IMG/VR virus record: IMGVR_UViG_3300009149_000332
Location: 1-21,969 of that record
DNA: 21,969 bases
From: a virus
Direction: 5' to 3' (one strand)
The notes under the pieces are model-generated. The model saw nothing but the letters and a program-made list of their open reading frames with translations, did not search any database and had not been told where the DNA came from. Of the stretch, positions 8,288 to 16,349 are shown in pieces. Positions within the stretch are counted from its first letter, which is position 1. Every line of letters starts with the position of its first letter. The position numbers and the translations under genes are program-made.

Positions 8288-9157
8288 ATGAGAGATATGT
8301 TAGCAGAACAATATGAATTAGTACTTGAGAATCAAATGAAAGGTACGGTCGACGCACCTGGAATGGCAAAGCCGGGCCAGAGTATGCTAGATAAAGATAC
8401 TAAAAAAGCATCTGGGCTAGGTGTTGAAAGTCCTGCTGCAAAGGCTGTTGGTTCTCCAAAGGAGATGGATAAGAAGTTAAATCCGGGTCACGGAAAAATT
8501 ATGAAAGAAAGGGATATGGACGAAATGTTACCAGAAAGCAGTTTTGACAAATTATTTAAAGCTACATTAATTGAAGAGGAACTCGGCGATGATGAGAGCC
8601 CACTTGAGCAGACAGGTGGAGATGAATTTAATGATGAAATGGGAGATTTCCCACCAGACGGTGAAGGTGATGATGATCTCGGTGAGGAAGTCGATGTAGC
8701 CACAGAGCTACGAATGATTATCGATCGCTTAACTGAAATTGCAGAGAAGCTCGGTGCTTTTGATGAAGAGTCAGAAGAAGAGGGTGGAGAAGGTTTCGGT
8801 GAGGATGAAATGGGCGGTGAAGGATTTGGTGAGGAAGAGCCAGTTGTTCCAGAAGCTGTAACATACGGCAAAGGCGGTGGTGGTAAAGCTGGTGGACCAG
8901 GTAAAGGTTCAGATGGCAAACTATCTGCATTCCCAGATCGCACCTCCCAGATGCAATCAAAGGGTAGCCAGAAGGTTAAGCATAGCGCTGTAACATCAAA
9001 GCAGACAGCAGCTGGTAAGGCTAGTGCTGGCGGACCAGGTAAAGGTTCAAACGGTAAGCTCGGTTCTTTCCCAGATCGTACATCACACATGCAGTCAAAA
9101 GGTAGCATGGTTGTGAAGTCGGAGATGGGTAAAGCAGGCCGAAGCGTTTTTGATTAA
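8288..9157 (+). CDS. Acidic, low-complexity protein (289 aa) with Gly/Glu-rich segments and a tandem 46-aa repeat. It may be a head scaffold, core or internal protein, but its function is unknown.
   Basis: An SD (aaggag) lies 9 nt upstream. The repeat AGGPGKGS(D/N)GKL(S/G)(A/S)FPDRTS(Q/H)MQSKGS occurs twice. GGEGFGEDEMGGEGFGEEE is also present. Antisense ORFs 8488..9108 and 8718..8960 are compositional artefacts. Confidence 0.6.
   Translation: MRDMLAEQYELVLENQMKGTVDAPGMAKPGQSMLDKDTKKASGLGVESPAAKAVGSPKEMDKKLNPGHGKIMKERDMDEMLPESSFDKLFKATLIEEELGDDESPLEQTGGDEFNDEMGDFPPDGEGDDDLGEEVDVATELRMIIDRLTEIAEKLGAFDEESEEEGGEGFGEDEMGGEGFGEEEPVVPEAVTYGKGGGGKAGGPGKGSDGKLSAFPDRTSQMQSKGSQKVKHSAVTSKQTAAGKASAGGPGKGSNGKLGSFPDRTSHMQSKGSMVVKSEMGKAGRSVFD
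8891..8968 (+). repeat. Direct repeat unit 1 (about 78 nt). Its partner is at 9029..9106, giving a 138-nt period.
   Basis: ggtggaccaggtaaaggttcagatggcaaactatctgcattcccagatcgcacctcccagatgcaatcaaagggtagc compared with ggcggaccaggtaaaggttcaaacggtaagctcggttctttcccagatcgtacatcacacatgcagtcaaaaggtagc. Confidence 0.8.
9029..9106 (+). repeat. Direct repeat unit 2 (about 78 nt). It is an imperfect copy of 8891..8968.
   Basis: It was aligned by eye with unit 1, as given there. Confidence 0.8.
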
Positions 9158-9176
9158 TTTGACCTGTATATATTTC

Positions 9177-9214
9177 AAAAAAGCGGAAGCATTAATTTGT
9201 TTCCGCTTTTTTAT
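9177..9214 (+). terminator. Rho-independent terminator after the acidic protein gene. It is symmetric, with an A-run before and a T-run after, and could act in both directions.
   Basis: aaaaAAGCGGAAgcattaatttgtTTCCGCTTtttttatt. The 8-bp GC-containing stem is followed by a T6 run. Confidence 0.7.
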
Positions 9215-9267
9215 TGGCTAAATTGATATACGTGAATTACATCGAAAAGACTTAAATATTAATATCA

Positions 9268-10176
9268 ATGGAGAATTTAATGAATTTTGAAAGAGCAATA
9301 AATAGAGCAATTTTAATCACAGAAGCAGTTGTTGATATTCCACGTGATACTTTAGATCCCCAAGTATTCCAGTTTTTCGATGGAGAGGGTACACCTATTC
9401 TCAGAGATGGTATAAAAGCACAAATACTACAAGACATTCAAGCACTAGCATCAGTTGTGCCTGTTGTAAACTTTTATATTACTGGTGATATACTGACACA
9501 CGATTGGACACCTAAAACTAGCATTGATGTTAACGTTGAAACTGATCCAGAAGCTATCGATAGTATCTCTGTTGCAGAGGTATTGTTTAATCTTAGAAGA
9601 CTAAATGGCCGTCTAGCGATTGGGACACAACATCCTATTAACTATTACATTATACCAGATGATGTTGATTATGATAGCTTAGATGCAGTTTACGATATAG
9701 CAAATGAACGATGGGCTAGATTGCCAGAAATACTAAATCCTGGTATCACCTCATTTATGTCTCGAATTACAGAGACAATTAGTAGTATTGATATAACAAC
9801 AGGTAAAATACATCGTAACTTAATTAATTTCGAAGAACTAAAAAATATAGGGTTCGATAATCTAAAACAAATACGCCACGAGCTGCAGCGCAAGATAGAT
9901 CAATTAGGAGATAGTATTCACTATTTAACAACAATCTATAGTAGTGTTGACGCGCTTCGTAGATTAGCAACTGATCAAACAACAACAGTTGAAGAAATTT
10001 TATATTACAGTGAGAAAGAATACCTACCGGAGAATGTCACATTTAAGCTTCTCGAAAAATACTATTATACTAAAATAACTAAAAAGATAGATCAACTACT
10101 CGATGTTGATAAGGAATACGATATTAACCAAACCATCAAGCAAAGTAAAATGGGAGCAGATTTCTTAGAGGCATAA
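9268..10176 (+). CDS. Hypothetical protein, 302 aa.
   Basis: It is a complete ORF with an SD (tggag) upstream. It is the first of four tightly coupled genes. Confidence 0.55.
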   Translation: MENLMNFERAINRAILITEAVVDIPRDTLDPQVFQFFDGEGTPILRDGIKAQILQDIQALASVVPVVNFYITGDILTHDWTPKTSIDVNVETDPEAIDSISVAEVLFNLRRLNGRLAIGTQHPINYYIIPDDVDYDSLDAVYDIANERWARLPEILNPGITSFMSRITETISSIDITTGKIHRNLINFEELKNIGFDNLKQIRHELQRKIDQLGDSIHYLTTIYSSVDALRRLATDQTTTVEEILYYSEKEYLPENVTFKLLEKYYYTKITKKIDQLLDVDKEYDINQTIKQSKMGADFLEA

Positions 10177-10177
10177 A

Positions 10178-10555
10178 ATGGAAACTTTTGAAATGAATTT
10201 AGTTAAAAATAAATATTACAAAATTATACCAATATTCAGACATGAACTTCCTGTTGTTAACATATATACAGATAAAAGTGTAAGATCAAAAATTTCTTGT
10301 ATATATAATGACTTTGATGAAGATCCAATTATAGTAAAACTAATCTGGGCTATTAACGGACTGAAAGGTAAAGAATGTAAAATTCTACAGGATCAACGAG
10401 ACAGACAAATGATTCAAGTCGGTAATCTCAAGCCAATTTACCCTTTTAAAGCTTTTGAAACATTCTATGTTACACAGGCGTTGGAGCCTGTAAATATATC
10501 GTTTGATAAATATTTTTCCAGTGCCACTCAACAAGCATCAGAGGATATATTTTAA
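10178..10555 (+). CDS. Hypothetical protein, 125 aa.
   Basis: It starts 1 nt after the upstream stop. Its stop overlaps the next start (TAATG). Confidence 0.5.
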   Translation: METFEMNLVKNKYYKIIPIFRHELPVVNIYTDKSVRSKISCIYNDFDEDPIIVKLIWAINGLKGKECKILQDQRDRQMIQVGNLKPIYPFKAFETFYVTQALEPVNISFDKYFSSATQQASEDIF

Positions 10556-11043
10556 TGAAAACTTTTGAACAACAAACTATAAATGAAAGCCTTAAGCGTT
10601 TCGGTAAAATGAAGATCCGTAAAGCAAAAGATCCGCTTAGTTCTCATAAGTATAAAATGGCTCGTGGTATCGGTAGAAAGAGTCTTAAACAAACTCCAAA
10701 ATCTCAAGAGAGTGGAGTAAAAGGACCAAAGCTTTCCCAGACAATTGGATCATTTGTCCAGAAGATGGATGTAAGCAATAAAATGGTTGACGTTGCAAAG
10801 AAAGCGTCATCAGGTGTATGGCGTGTTTCCAAACCACAAGTCTATGATATTGCAACTAAATATAAATTCAATATTCCTGATAGCGGCAAGCCGATGAAGC
10901 ATCTTGGATCAACAGGCATTCAGATGGTAAGATTAAAACCGAATGTTTACTATTTGTATAAGCCGCGCCGTAAAACTCGCAAAAAGAGAATAAGCGCTGC
11001 TGGAAAAGCTATTGGCAGTTTCCAAATGGGTATGGGAGAATAA
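10555..11043 (+). CDS. Highly basic, Lys/Arg-rich protein (162 aa). It may bind nucleic acid or be an internal virion protein.
   Basis: Composition includes KRFGKMKIRKAKDP... and YKPRRKTRKKRISAAGK. It is translationally coupled on both sides. Confidence 0.5.
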   Translation: MKTFEQQTINESLKRFGKMKIRKAKDPLSSHKYKMARGIGRKSLKQTPKSQESGVKGPKLSQTIGSFVQKMDVSNKMVDVAKKASSGVWRVSKPQVYDIATKYKFNIPDSGKPMKHLGSTGIQMVRLKPNVYYLYKPRRKTRKKRISAAGKAIGSFQMGMGE

Positions 11044-11047
11044 TTAA

Positions 11048-11953
11048 ATGAAATGTGCTAATGGAACAAATTTCAGATTTAATCGTAAAGAGGCAAACCA
11101 AAACGAGCGCCGTATATACCAAAATTATTGGAAAGAGATAACACAATTATACGGAACGTTCATCGACTACTTTGTTTATGATTATAAGCTATCCGCTCAT
11201 GATTTTCTTTACGGTGAAGAGCCTCTAGCTCCTTTTGTAGTTCCACCAAAAGGATTTCCAATTCTTGCTGAATTTCAAAACGATTCTTTACTACTTTCAA
11301 AATTCGGTATTCAAACTGAATCAGATGTAACTTTCATTATCCCTATACAAACATTCTACGAGCAGTTCGGTAACGGTGCAGAACCAAAAGCAGGTGATGT
11401 TATTCGTATGATAGAGCTTGGATGGGATAGGCCAGGTGGCCCCGATGATATCAATGTTTCCGCTAATGCTCCTCTTACGTCCTGTGAAGATGCCGCAGAT
11501 CCATACTCATTGATATGTTCTGATGGACTCGTGGATATACCTGCAGGAGATTGTGATACAGATGAAAATGCATTATCTGGTTACGATGATCCAGAATCAT
11601 TTAGTAGACTCATACGTGGTGCGCCTTGTTACGAAATCACAGAACGAAGAGATGAAAATTTAACTCTTAATTATAACCCACTACAAGGCCACTACGTATG
11701 GATCTGCCACGCTAAGAGATTCGATTATAGCTATCAACCAAATGCTCCAAGAGAGCCTGGTAGTTCACAACCGTCAGATGAGACTCAATATGGTCTTATT
11801 TCTAGTGAAAACGGAACTGGATGGCCACCTGCATCAGCTTTACCAATGCCAGAAGATAGAAAAGATCCACCATACGATCAGAACGTAAATGATGAATCTA
11901 AGAAATCATGGAACTACGATAATACAGCAGACGATGTATATGGTGGATATTAA
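11048..11953 (+). CDS. Hypothetical protein, 301 aa, with a Cys-containing middle region and an acidic, Pro-rich C-terminal tail.
   Basis: It is a complete ORF that converges with minus-strand ORF 11950..12300. Confidence 0.5.
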   Translation: MKCANGTNFRFNRKEANQNERRIYQNYWKEITQLYGTFIDYFVYDYKLSAHDFLYGEEPLAPFVVPPKGFPILAEFQNDSLLLSKFGIQTESDVTFIIPIQTFYEQFGNGAEPKAGDVIRMIELGWDRPGGPDDINVSANAPLTSCEDAADPYSLICSDGLVDIPAGDCDTDENALSGYDDPESFSRLIRGAPCYEITERRDENLTLNYNPLQGHYVWICHAKRFDYSYQPNAPREPGSSQPSDETQYGLISSENGTGWPPASALPMPEDRKDPPYDQNVNDESKKSWNYDNTADDVYGGY

Positions 11954-12300
11954 CTCTCGGCTAGTGATGCCGCAATTTGATTGCGTTGATCTCGTAGCTT
12001 ATCAGTCTCACCAGAAATTTGTGCTATAAAATCATCACCTGCAGAACAATCTGAAAATATTTTCTCGATCGTTTGTTTAGTGTTTATATTTTGGAACAAA
12101 TATTTAACCTTTAATTGACCGTCTTCTCTAAGAGGTGAAATATACAGCAACTTGTATACCTTACCAGGCTCAAATCCACTGTCAATAGGTACTCGTGATT
12201 GTCGTTTGTTTAATGCAATTTGTTCAGTAACAGATCCGCCGCGTATTGGGCTCGACTGTATTGCACCTGCAGTAAATTTATGATCAAGAATATACAACAT
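11950..12300 (-). CDS. Hypothetical protein, 116 aa.
   Basis: It is a complete ORF and the last gene of the minus-strand cluster. Confidence 0.45.
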   Translation of the reverse strand: MLYILDHKFTAGAIQSSPIRGGSVTEQIALNKRQSRVPIDSGFEPGKVYKLLYISPLREDGQLKVKYLFQNINTKQTIEKIFSDCSAGDDFIAQISGETDKLRDQRNQIAASLAES

Positions 12301-12556
12301 GTTTTTGTCTCTCCGCTACAGCATTATATATTTTTTGTTCTACTTGTCTCTTTGCATCTTCGCGCTGCTCCTGTAATCGCCTTGCAAAAATATCACACGT
12401 CTTTTCTACATATTTTTTAATATGTAATGGTTCTAGACGTATTGACTCAAAATCAATATTTCTCGATTCACACTCATCTGCTATAAAATTAACAGCCTCA
12501 TATAGTGCATACCAGCGAGATACCTGAAAATCCGTCATCTCATTTGTGTTTATCAT
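12284..12556 (-). CDS. Hypothetical protein, 90 aa.
   Basis: It is a complete ORF overlapping its neighbours by a few codons. Confidence 0.45.
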   Translation of the reverse strand: MINTNEMTDFQVSRWYALYEAVNFIADECESRNIDFESIRLEPLHIKKYVEKTCDIFARRLQEQREDAKRQVEQKIYNAVAERQKHVVYS

Positions 12557-12559
12557 AAA

Positions 12560-13027
12560 CTAACTTTCTATTGAATTTTTTATATACGACTCTATAAACC
12601 CATGCAAACAGGCCAAAAAGTCTACCGTTGTCATCTGTGTTAAATTCTTTCTTTCCACTTCTATTGCTAATATCTTTATTATATTAGAAATTACATCGAA
12701 ATGGCAAGATAAATCTTCAGTAGACTTGTTTTCTAGGTTGCATTGTTGTTTTGTAGTCTCTATAATTGCAGTAGAGAGTCGTTTATAAAAATTCGAAATA
12801 GTGTTAGCATTATTGCCAAACTTACCTAGTGCAACCCCATATTGGTATTGCTGAGATAGTTTTCGACTTTTACTAGACCAATATTCCTCACTAGTTGCGT
12901 CAATACTAACTTTTAGTGGAATAATTTCGGTAGGTCTTGATAGCGGAATTGTTGCAGGTTGTCCTTTTTCTTTAACAACCTGTTTTATTGATTCCGTTTC
13001 AATAAAATCTATTGGTGCATTTGTCAT
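12560..13027 (-). CDS. Hypothetical protein, 155 aa.
   Basis: It is a complete ORF with a 4-nt overlap with the upstream gene. Confidence 0.45.
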   Translation of the reverse strand: MTNAPIDFIETESIKQVVKEKGQPATIPLSRPTEIIPLKVSIDATSEEYWSSKSRKLSQQYQYGVALGKFGNNANTISNFYKRLSTAIIETTKQQCNLENKSTEDLSCHFDVISNIIKILAIEVERKNLTQMTTVDFLACLHGFIESYIKNSIES

Positions 13028-13500
13028 GTGAGTTGAATAGGTTCGTTTATTGTAGTTTGCCGCTGAGTTGGCTCGTCATTCACTTCGCGTATTTCTATTT
13101 TACTCGACAGTGGTTGAGTTACTCTTACGGTCGAAAATTGCATATATACTTTATTTGGCTGGTTACATGAAACACATTCAAAACTATTGTCTTCCATTAA
13201 CGAGAGTGGTACTCGATTTTGCATATTGCAATATGCACAAGATAATACAATAGGAACACGTAATTCCTGTGCACCATTCATCACACCATTGATTATATCC
13301 TGAGCCAAAACCTCTTGCTTTTGATCTCGACGGATACTCGCAATATATCCAACCAGAAATTGTGCTACAAGTAAAATCAAGCCTACTCCTATACCTATAC
13401 TTGTGCTTTTGAAAATTAACCCTGCACCTGTACCACATCCAGCAGCAACTCCGAGAACAGTACAAATTGATTTGTAAAAAGCTTTAACTTGGGGTGACAT
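13024..13500 (-). CDS. Small membrane protein with two predicted TM helices and a C-terminal CxxC...CxxC zinc-ribbon.
   Basis: The hydrophobic segments are ICTVLGVAAGCGTGAGLIF and IGIGVGLILLVAQFLVGYIASI. The zinc-ribbon region reads CAYCN...CVSCN. Overlapping ORFs 13068..13253(+) and 13184..13465(-) are rejected. Confidence 0.5.
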   Translation of the reverse strand: MSPQVKAFYKSICTVLGVAAGCGTGAGLIFKSTSIGIGVGLILLVAQFLVGYIASIRRDQKQEVLAQDIINGVMNGAQELRVPIVLSCAYCNMQNRVPLSLMEDNSFECVSCNQPNKVYMQFSTVRVTQPLSSKIEIREVNDEPTQRQTTINEPIQLT

Positions 13501-13726
13501 TACTACGACCTTCTTTAATATTTTTTATTGATTGTTCTAGGCACTCCGTCACTTGATCAAAGAACCAATCTTTTAGTATTTTGTTCTTTGGTAGTCCTGA
13601 TTTAGTTCTACGGCATAATTCTTCTGCATCACCGATGGTCAGCATAAAGCGTCCCATTAATTGTGCTTCACTCCACTTAATAGTATCGAATTTGATTCCA
13701 GGAATCTTTCTTAAATCTTTTTTCAT
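13484..13726 (-). CDS. Hypothetical protein, 80 aa.
   Basis: It is a complete ORF coupled to its neighbours by overlaps. Confidence 0.4.
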   Translation of the reverse strand: MKKDLRKIPGIKFDTIKWSEAQLMGRFMLTIGDAEELCRRTKSGLPKNKILKDWFFDQVTECLEQSIKNIKEGRSNVTPS

Positions 13727-14196
13727 GATAATGTTATGCGATCAAAATCTCGTGTAATACTTTTTATCATCTCTTTGATGACTTTTACTTTTCGAAAACA
13801 ATTCTCTAACACAAGCTTTTTCTCTGCGTCCTTTGTCAATACCTTATTGTACTTGACACAAGACTTCAACTGGATTTCCGCATTTGTAAGCTGAATATAT
13901 GCATCAGCGAGATTCTCATTTACACCCTCTAGAGGAAACATTTTATTCTTTCCTCCAGTTTTCATCAGTTCTTCTCCCTCTTGTGCAATATCCTGAACAT
14001 TGATGCCACCAGGAGAGCCAGTCATTCCACGAAAAGGTGGGGAGCCAGGCTGCCACGGCTTATTACCAGTTTGACTCTGCGGCACTCCTCGACCTCTCGC
14101 AGCCGATCCAGTACCACCGATCCCAGCACCATTCCAATCCTCAGAGATCACCTCTTCTAGTGATTCTGTTAATATACTTTGTTTTTTTGTTGTCAT
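13723..14196 (-). CDS. Hypothetical protein, 157 aa, with a Gly/Pro-rich low-complexity N-terminal half.
   Basis: It contains GAGIGGTGSAARGRGVPQSQTGNKPWQPGSPPFRGMTGSPGG and is a complete ORF. Confidence 0.45.
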   Translation of the reverse strand: MTTKKQSILTESLEEVISEDWNGAGIGGTGSAARGRGVPQSQTGNKPWQPGSPPFRGMTGSPGGINVQDIAQEGEELMKTGGKNKMFPLEGVNENLADAYIQLTNAEIQLKSCVKYNKVLTKDAEKKLVLENCFRKVKVIKEMIKSITRDFDRITLS

Positions 14197-14200
14197 GTAT

Positions 14201-14602
14201 TTAGTTTATATCGTAATAAGATGTTACAATTTGCCCCTTGTGGTTAACGATAACAGCATTAGGTGGTATTTGAGAAACATTAATAACCCTTTTCCACATC
14301 TGTGGTTCCCGAAAAGCTCTTGTAAGATTATTTAAAGACTGATCACCTTCACCGGATATTTCCGGACCAGCAATAAGTTCTTTTATAGTTTCATGTACTG
14401 CACCTGTCATAATCGAATCGTTAGGTGAACTACCTGAATTATTAGTATTAAAAACTACAACAGGTGGATTGATATTAGTGTTTACAACAACATCTTTACC
14501 TGCGTCTATAATTTGTTGTAGTCTAATACCTATACTCCTTTCAATTAGAAGGCTGTTTATATAGTTTTCAAATATCAAATTGTTTTCGGCTTTCAAATGC
14601 AT
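14201..14602 (-). CDS. Hypothetical protein, 133 aa.
   Basis: It is a complete ORF. Confidence 0.45.
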   Translation of the reverse strand: MHLKAENNLIFENYINSLLIERSIGIRLQQIIDAGKDVVVNTNINPPVVVFNTNNSGSSPNDSIMTGAVHETIKELIAGPEISGEGDQSLNNLTRAFREPQMWKRVINVSQIPPNAVIVNHKGQIVTSYYDIN

Positions 14603-14614
14603 TATCCTTTTTCT

Positions 14615-14803
14615 TTATTCTTTATCCTTTATTCTTTCAACGATCCCAGATGCAAAGCGGTGACCACATCTTGAGCACACCCATGTAGCTTCGACAATGG
14701 TTTCTTTTGCGAACCGGTCGTAACTTCTATCTTCTCGTGGATTCGTTGGATTACCGCAAGCGGTACATCTCTGTTGTGTTGGTTGCACAGTTCCTTCGTA
14801 CAT
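14615..14803 (-). CDS. Small zinc-ribbon protein, 62 aa.
   Basis: It contains CTACGNPTNP...CSRCGHRF, that is, two CxxC pairs. Confidence 0.45.
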   Translation of the reverse strand: MYEGTVQPTQQRCTACGNPTNPREDRSYDRFAKETIVEATWVCSRCGHRFASGIVERIKDKE

Positions 14804-14823
14804 AATATTCTCCTTTAAAATAC

Positions 14824-15768
14824 TTATGAAAATAACGTATTAATGATTGAAACTAAATTGTTCCTTGTCAATACCTTCTTCCAATCCTTTATTTGCTCGA
14901 CTTCTTTATCTAGACCATATTCTAAGCAAAGTTGCTTAAACTGATCAATATCGCCTCGGGAAACTATCTTTTCTTTTTCGAACTGCATCTTATACGCATC
15001 TAGTTCACCCGTTTCTATTGTAAATCCATAATCTAAATCAACAAGCTTTAAGTTTCGCTCAACAATCTCTCTATACTCGCTAGTGACTGTTGCATCTTCC
15101 CAATCTTTTGCAAGCTTTGCAGAACGAACCTTACCGTGACCTGGTAGTCCTGGTATATTATCAGATTTATCGCCCATTATAGCCTTATATAGCTTGAAGT
15201 ATTTAGGCTCGATTCCAATTTGTTCCATAAAATTATCTTGTGTAGTTAATCTTTTTAAATCCCAGACTGAAGTATCCTCGTTTACAAGCTGTAAAAGATC
15301 GTGGTCTCCAGATACAACAATTGTATCGCCCGGTAAAGTTCTTGCTAACCACGCAACTACATCATCTGCTTCAAGTACATTTGGAAAAATATGCTTTACT
15401 CCAAGAGATGAAAGCAATTTTATAATTTTTGGCTCCTCATCGTATAATTCATGAACATTATCCGGTTTTGATCTACCAGCTTTATATTGTCCCTCAAGAA
15501 TCTCTTTTCGAAAATTTGTCGAGGGATACGCTAGCTTTTTATCCCAAGATGCATAAACTTCAGTTGGATCGAATCGTTCGACTAATTTTTTAAACGTAAC
15601 TAAAAAGCGTGACATTAATTCTAAGGTATTTGCACCGTTGTGGTTTTTATAGCTTTGTGCTACATAAAAAATACGAAATTCTAGATTAGTACCATCAAGT
15701 ATTAAATTTCTCACACTCATTTTAACTCTTTTCTTTGTAGTAGGTCCAATTCGCGCAACATACCTCAT
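14824..15768 (-). CDS. rnh: 5'-3' exonuclease / flap endonuclease of the T4 RNase H and T5 D15 family. The more likely start is the ATG at 15718-15720 (MSVRNLILDG...), which follows the upstream stop and has an SD (aaagag).
   Basis: The motifs LILDGTNLEFR, EADDVVAWLA and GDKSDNIPGLPGHG correspond to LLIDGNSLAFR, EADDVIATLA and GDSSDNIPGV.G.G of Pol I-type 5' nucleases. Confidence 0.8.
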   Translation of the reverse strand: MRYVARIGPTTKKRVKMSVRNLILDGTNLEFRIFYVAQSYKNHNGANTLELMSRFLVTFKKLVERFDPTEVYASWDKKLAYPSTNFRKEILEGQYKAGRSKPDNVHELYDEEPKIIKLLSSLGVKHIFPNVLEADDVVAWLARTLPGDTIVVSGDHDLLQLVNEDTSVWDLKRLTTQDNFMEQIGIEPKYFKLYKAIMGDKSDNIPGLPGHGKVRSAKLAKDWEDATVTSEYREIVERNLKLVDLDYGFTIETGELDAYKMQFEKEKIVSRGDIDQFKQLCLEYGLDKEVEQIKDWKKVLTRNNLVSIINTLFS

Positions 15769-16027
15769 ATACTTCTACAGGAAGTTGCTCAACAAATTCG
15801 ATTCCACCAGTTTTAAGTTCATTCTTGATTTCTATTTGTGATAAAAATAGAGCTTCCATTGGATTAGGACAAAAAAGAAATGCATGAGTCTTCTTTAAGT
15901 CTTGCTCTTTAATCCAAATGAGAAAACCGCCTTGACGATCTCCTGTTTTAATAACATACATTCCTCTAGGTTTTAGTTTAGAGGAGTTCAGCAAAATACT
16001 CGGTAATAAACGTTTCATAATCATCAA
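15722..16027 (-). CDS. Hypothetical protein, about 100 aa. The reported start is TTG and the first ATG is at 16022-16024.
   Basis: The ORF is complete, but no SD precedes it and it overlaps the next ORF by 50 nt. Confidence 0.3.
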   Translation of the reverse strand: MMIMKRLLPSILLNSSKLKPRGMYVIKTGDRQGGFLIWIKEQDLKKTHAFLFCPNPMEALFLSQIEIKNELKTGGIEFVEQLPVEVYEVCCANWTYYKEKS

Positions 16028-16235
16028 AATACTTTATTTCTGTAACACGTCGTAAGTCTATCGTTAATCGATTAAGCTTCTCATTTTCATTTAATCTTGT
16101 CCAGTTTCCTTCATCAGATTGCCACGAATACGGTTGTATTATAACCAGGTCTCCAGAATTTGTTATTAGTTCTAAAACTAGCCCGATAACAGATCCTGTT
16201 CGATCTTTAAAATGAATAAACTTCTTAAAATTCAT
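15978..16235 (-). CDS. Hypothetical protein, 85 aa, the first gene of the minus-strand cluster.
   Basis: It is a complete ORF immediately downstream, in the minus sense, of the AT-rich divergent region 16236-16349. Confidence 0.4.
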   Translation of the reverse strand: MNFKKFIHFKDRTGSVIGLVLELITNSGDLVIIQPYSWQSDEGNWTRLNENEKLNRLTIDLRRVTEIKYFDDYETFITEYFAELL

Positions 16236-16271
16236 ACCTTTATAATATAATCATTTTTTGAAAAATCAATC

Positions 16272-16300
16272 TTGATTTATTTTTAAAATTTCATATTATA
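16272..16300 (+). promoter_or_regulatory. Sigma70-like promoter upstream of the MVP-like gene. The -35 element is TTGATT, the spacer is 17 nt, and the -10 element is TATTAT.
   Basis: cTTGATTtatttttaaaatttcaTATTATatagg. A strong SD (gaggagg) at 16338-16344 lies 5 nt before the ATG at 16350. Confidence 0.45.
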
Positions 16301-16349
16301 TAGGCATTGATGAAGAGGTTATGTGTTAAACAAAAAATGAGGAGGATAT

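Noticed and set aside
8488-9108. Minus-strand 206-aa and 80-aa ORFs antisense to the acidic repeat protein gene.
   Set aside because: They are Pro/Ser-rich artefacts of the GA-rich repetitive coding strand. The sense ORF has the SD and the terminator.
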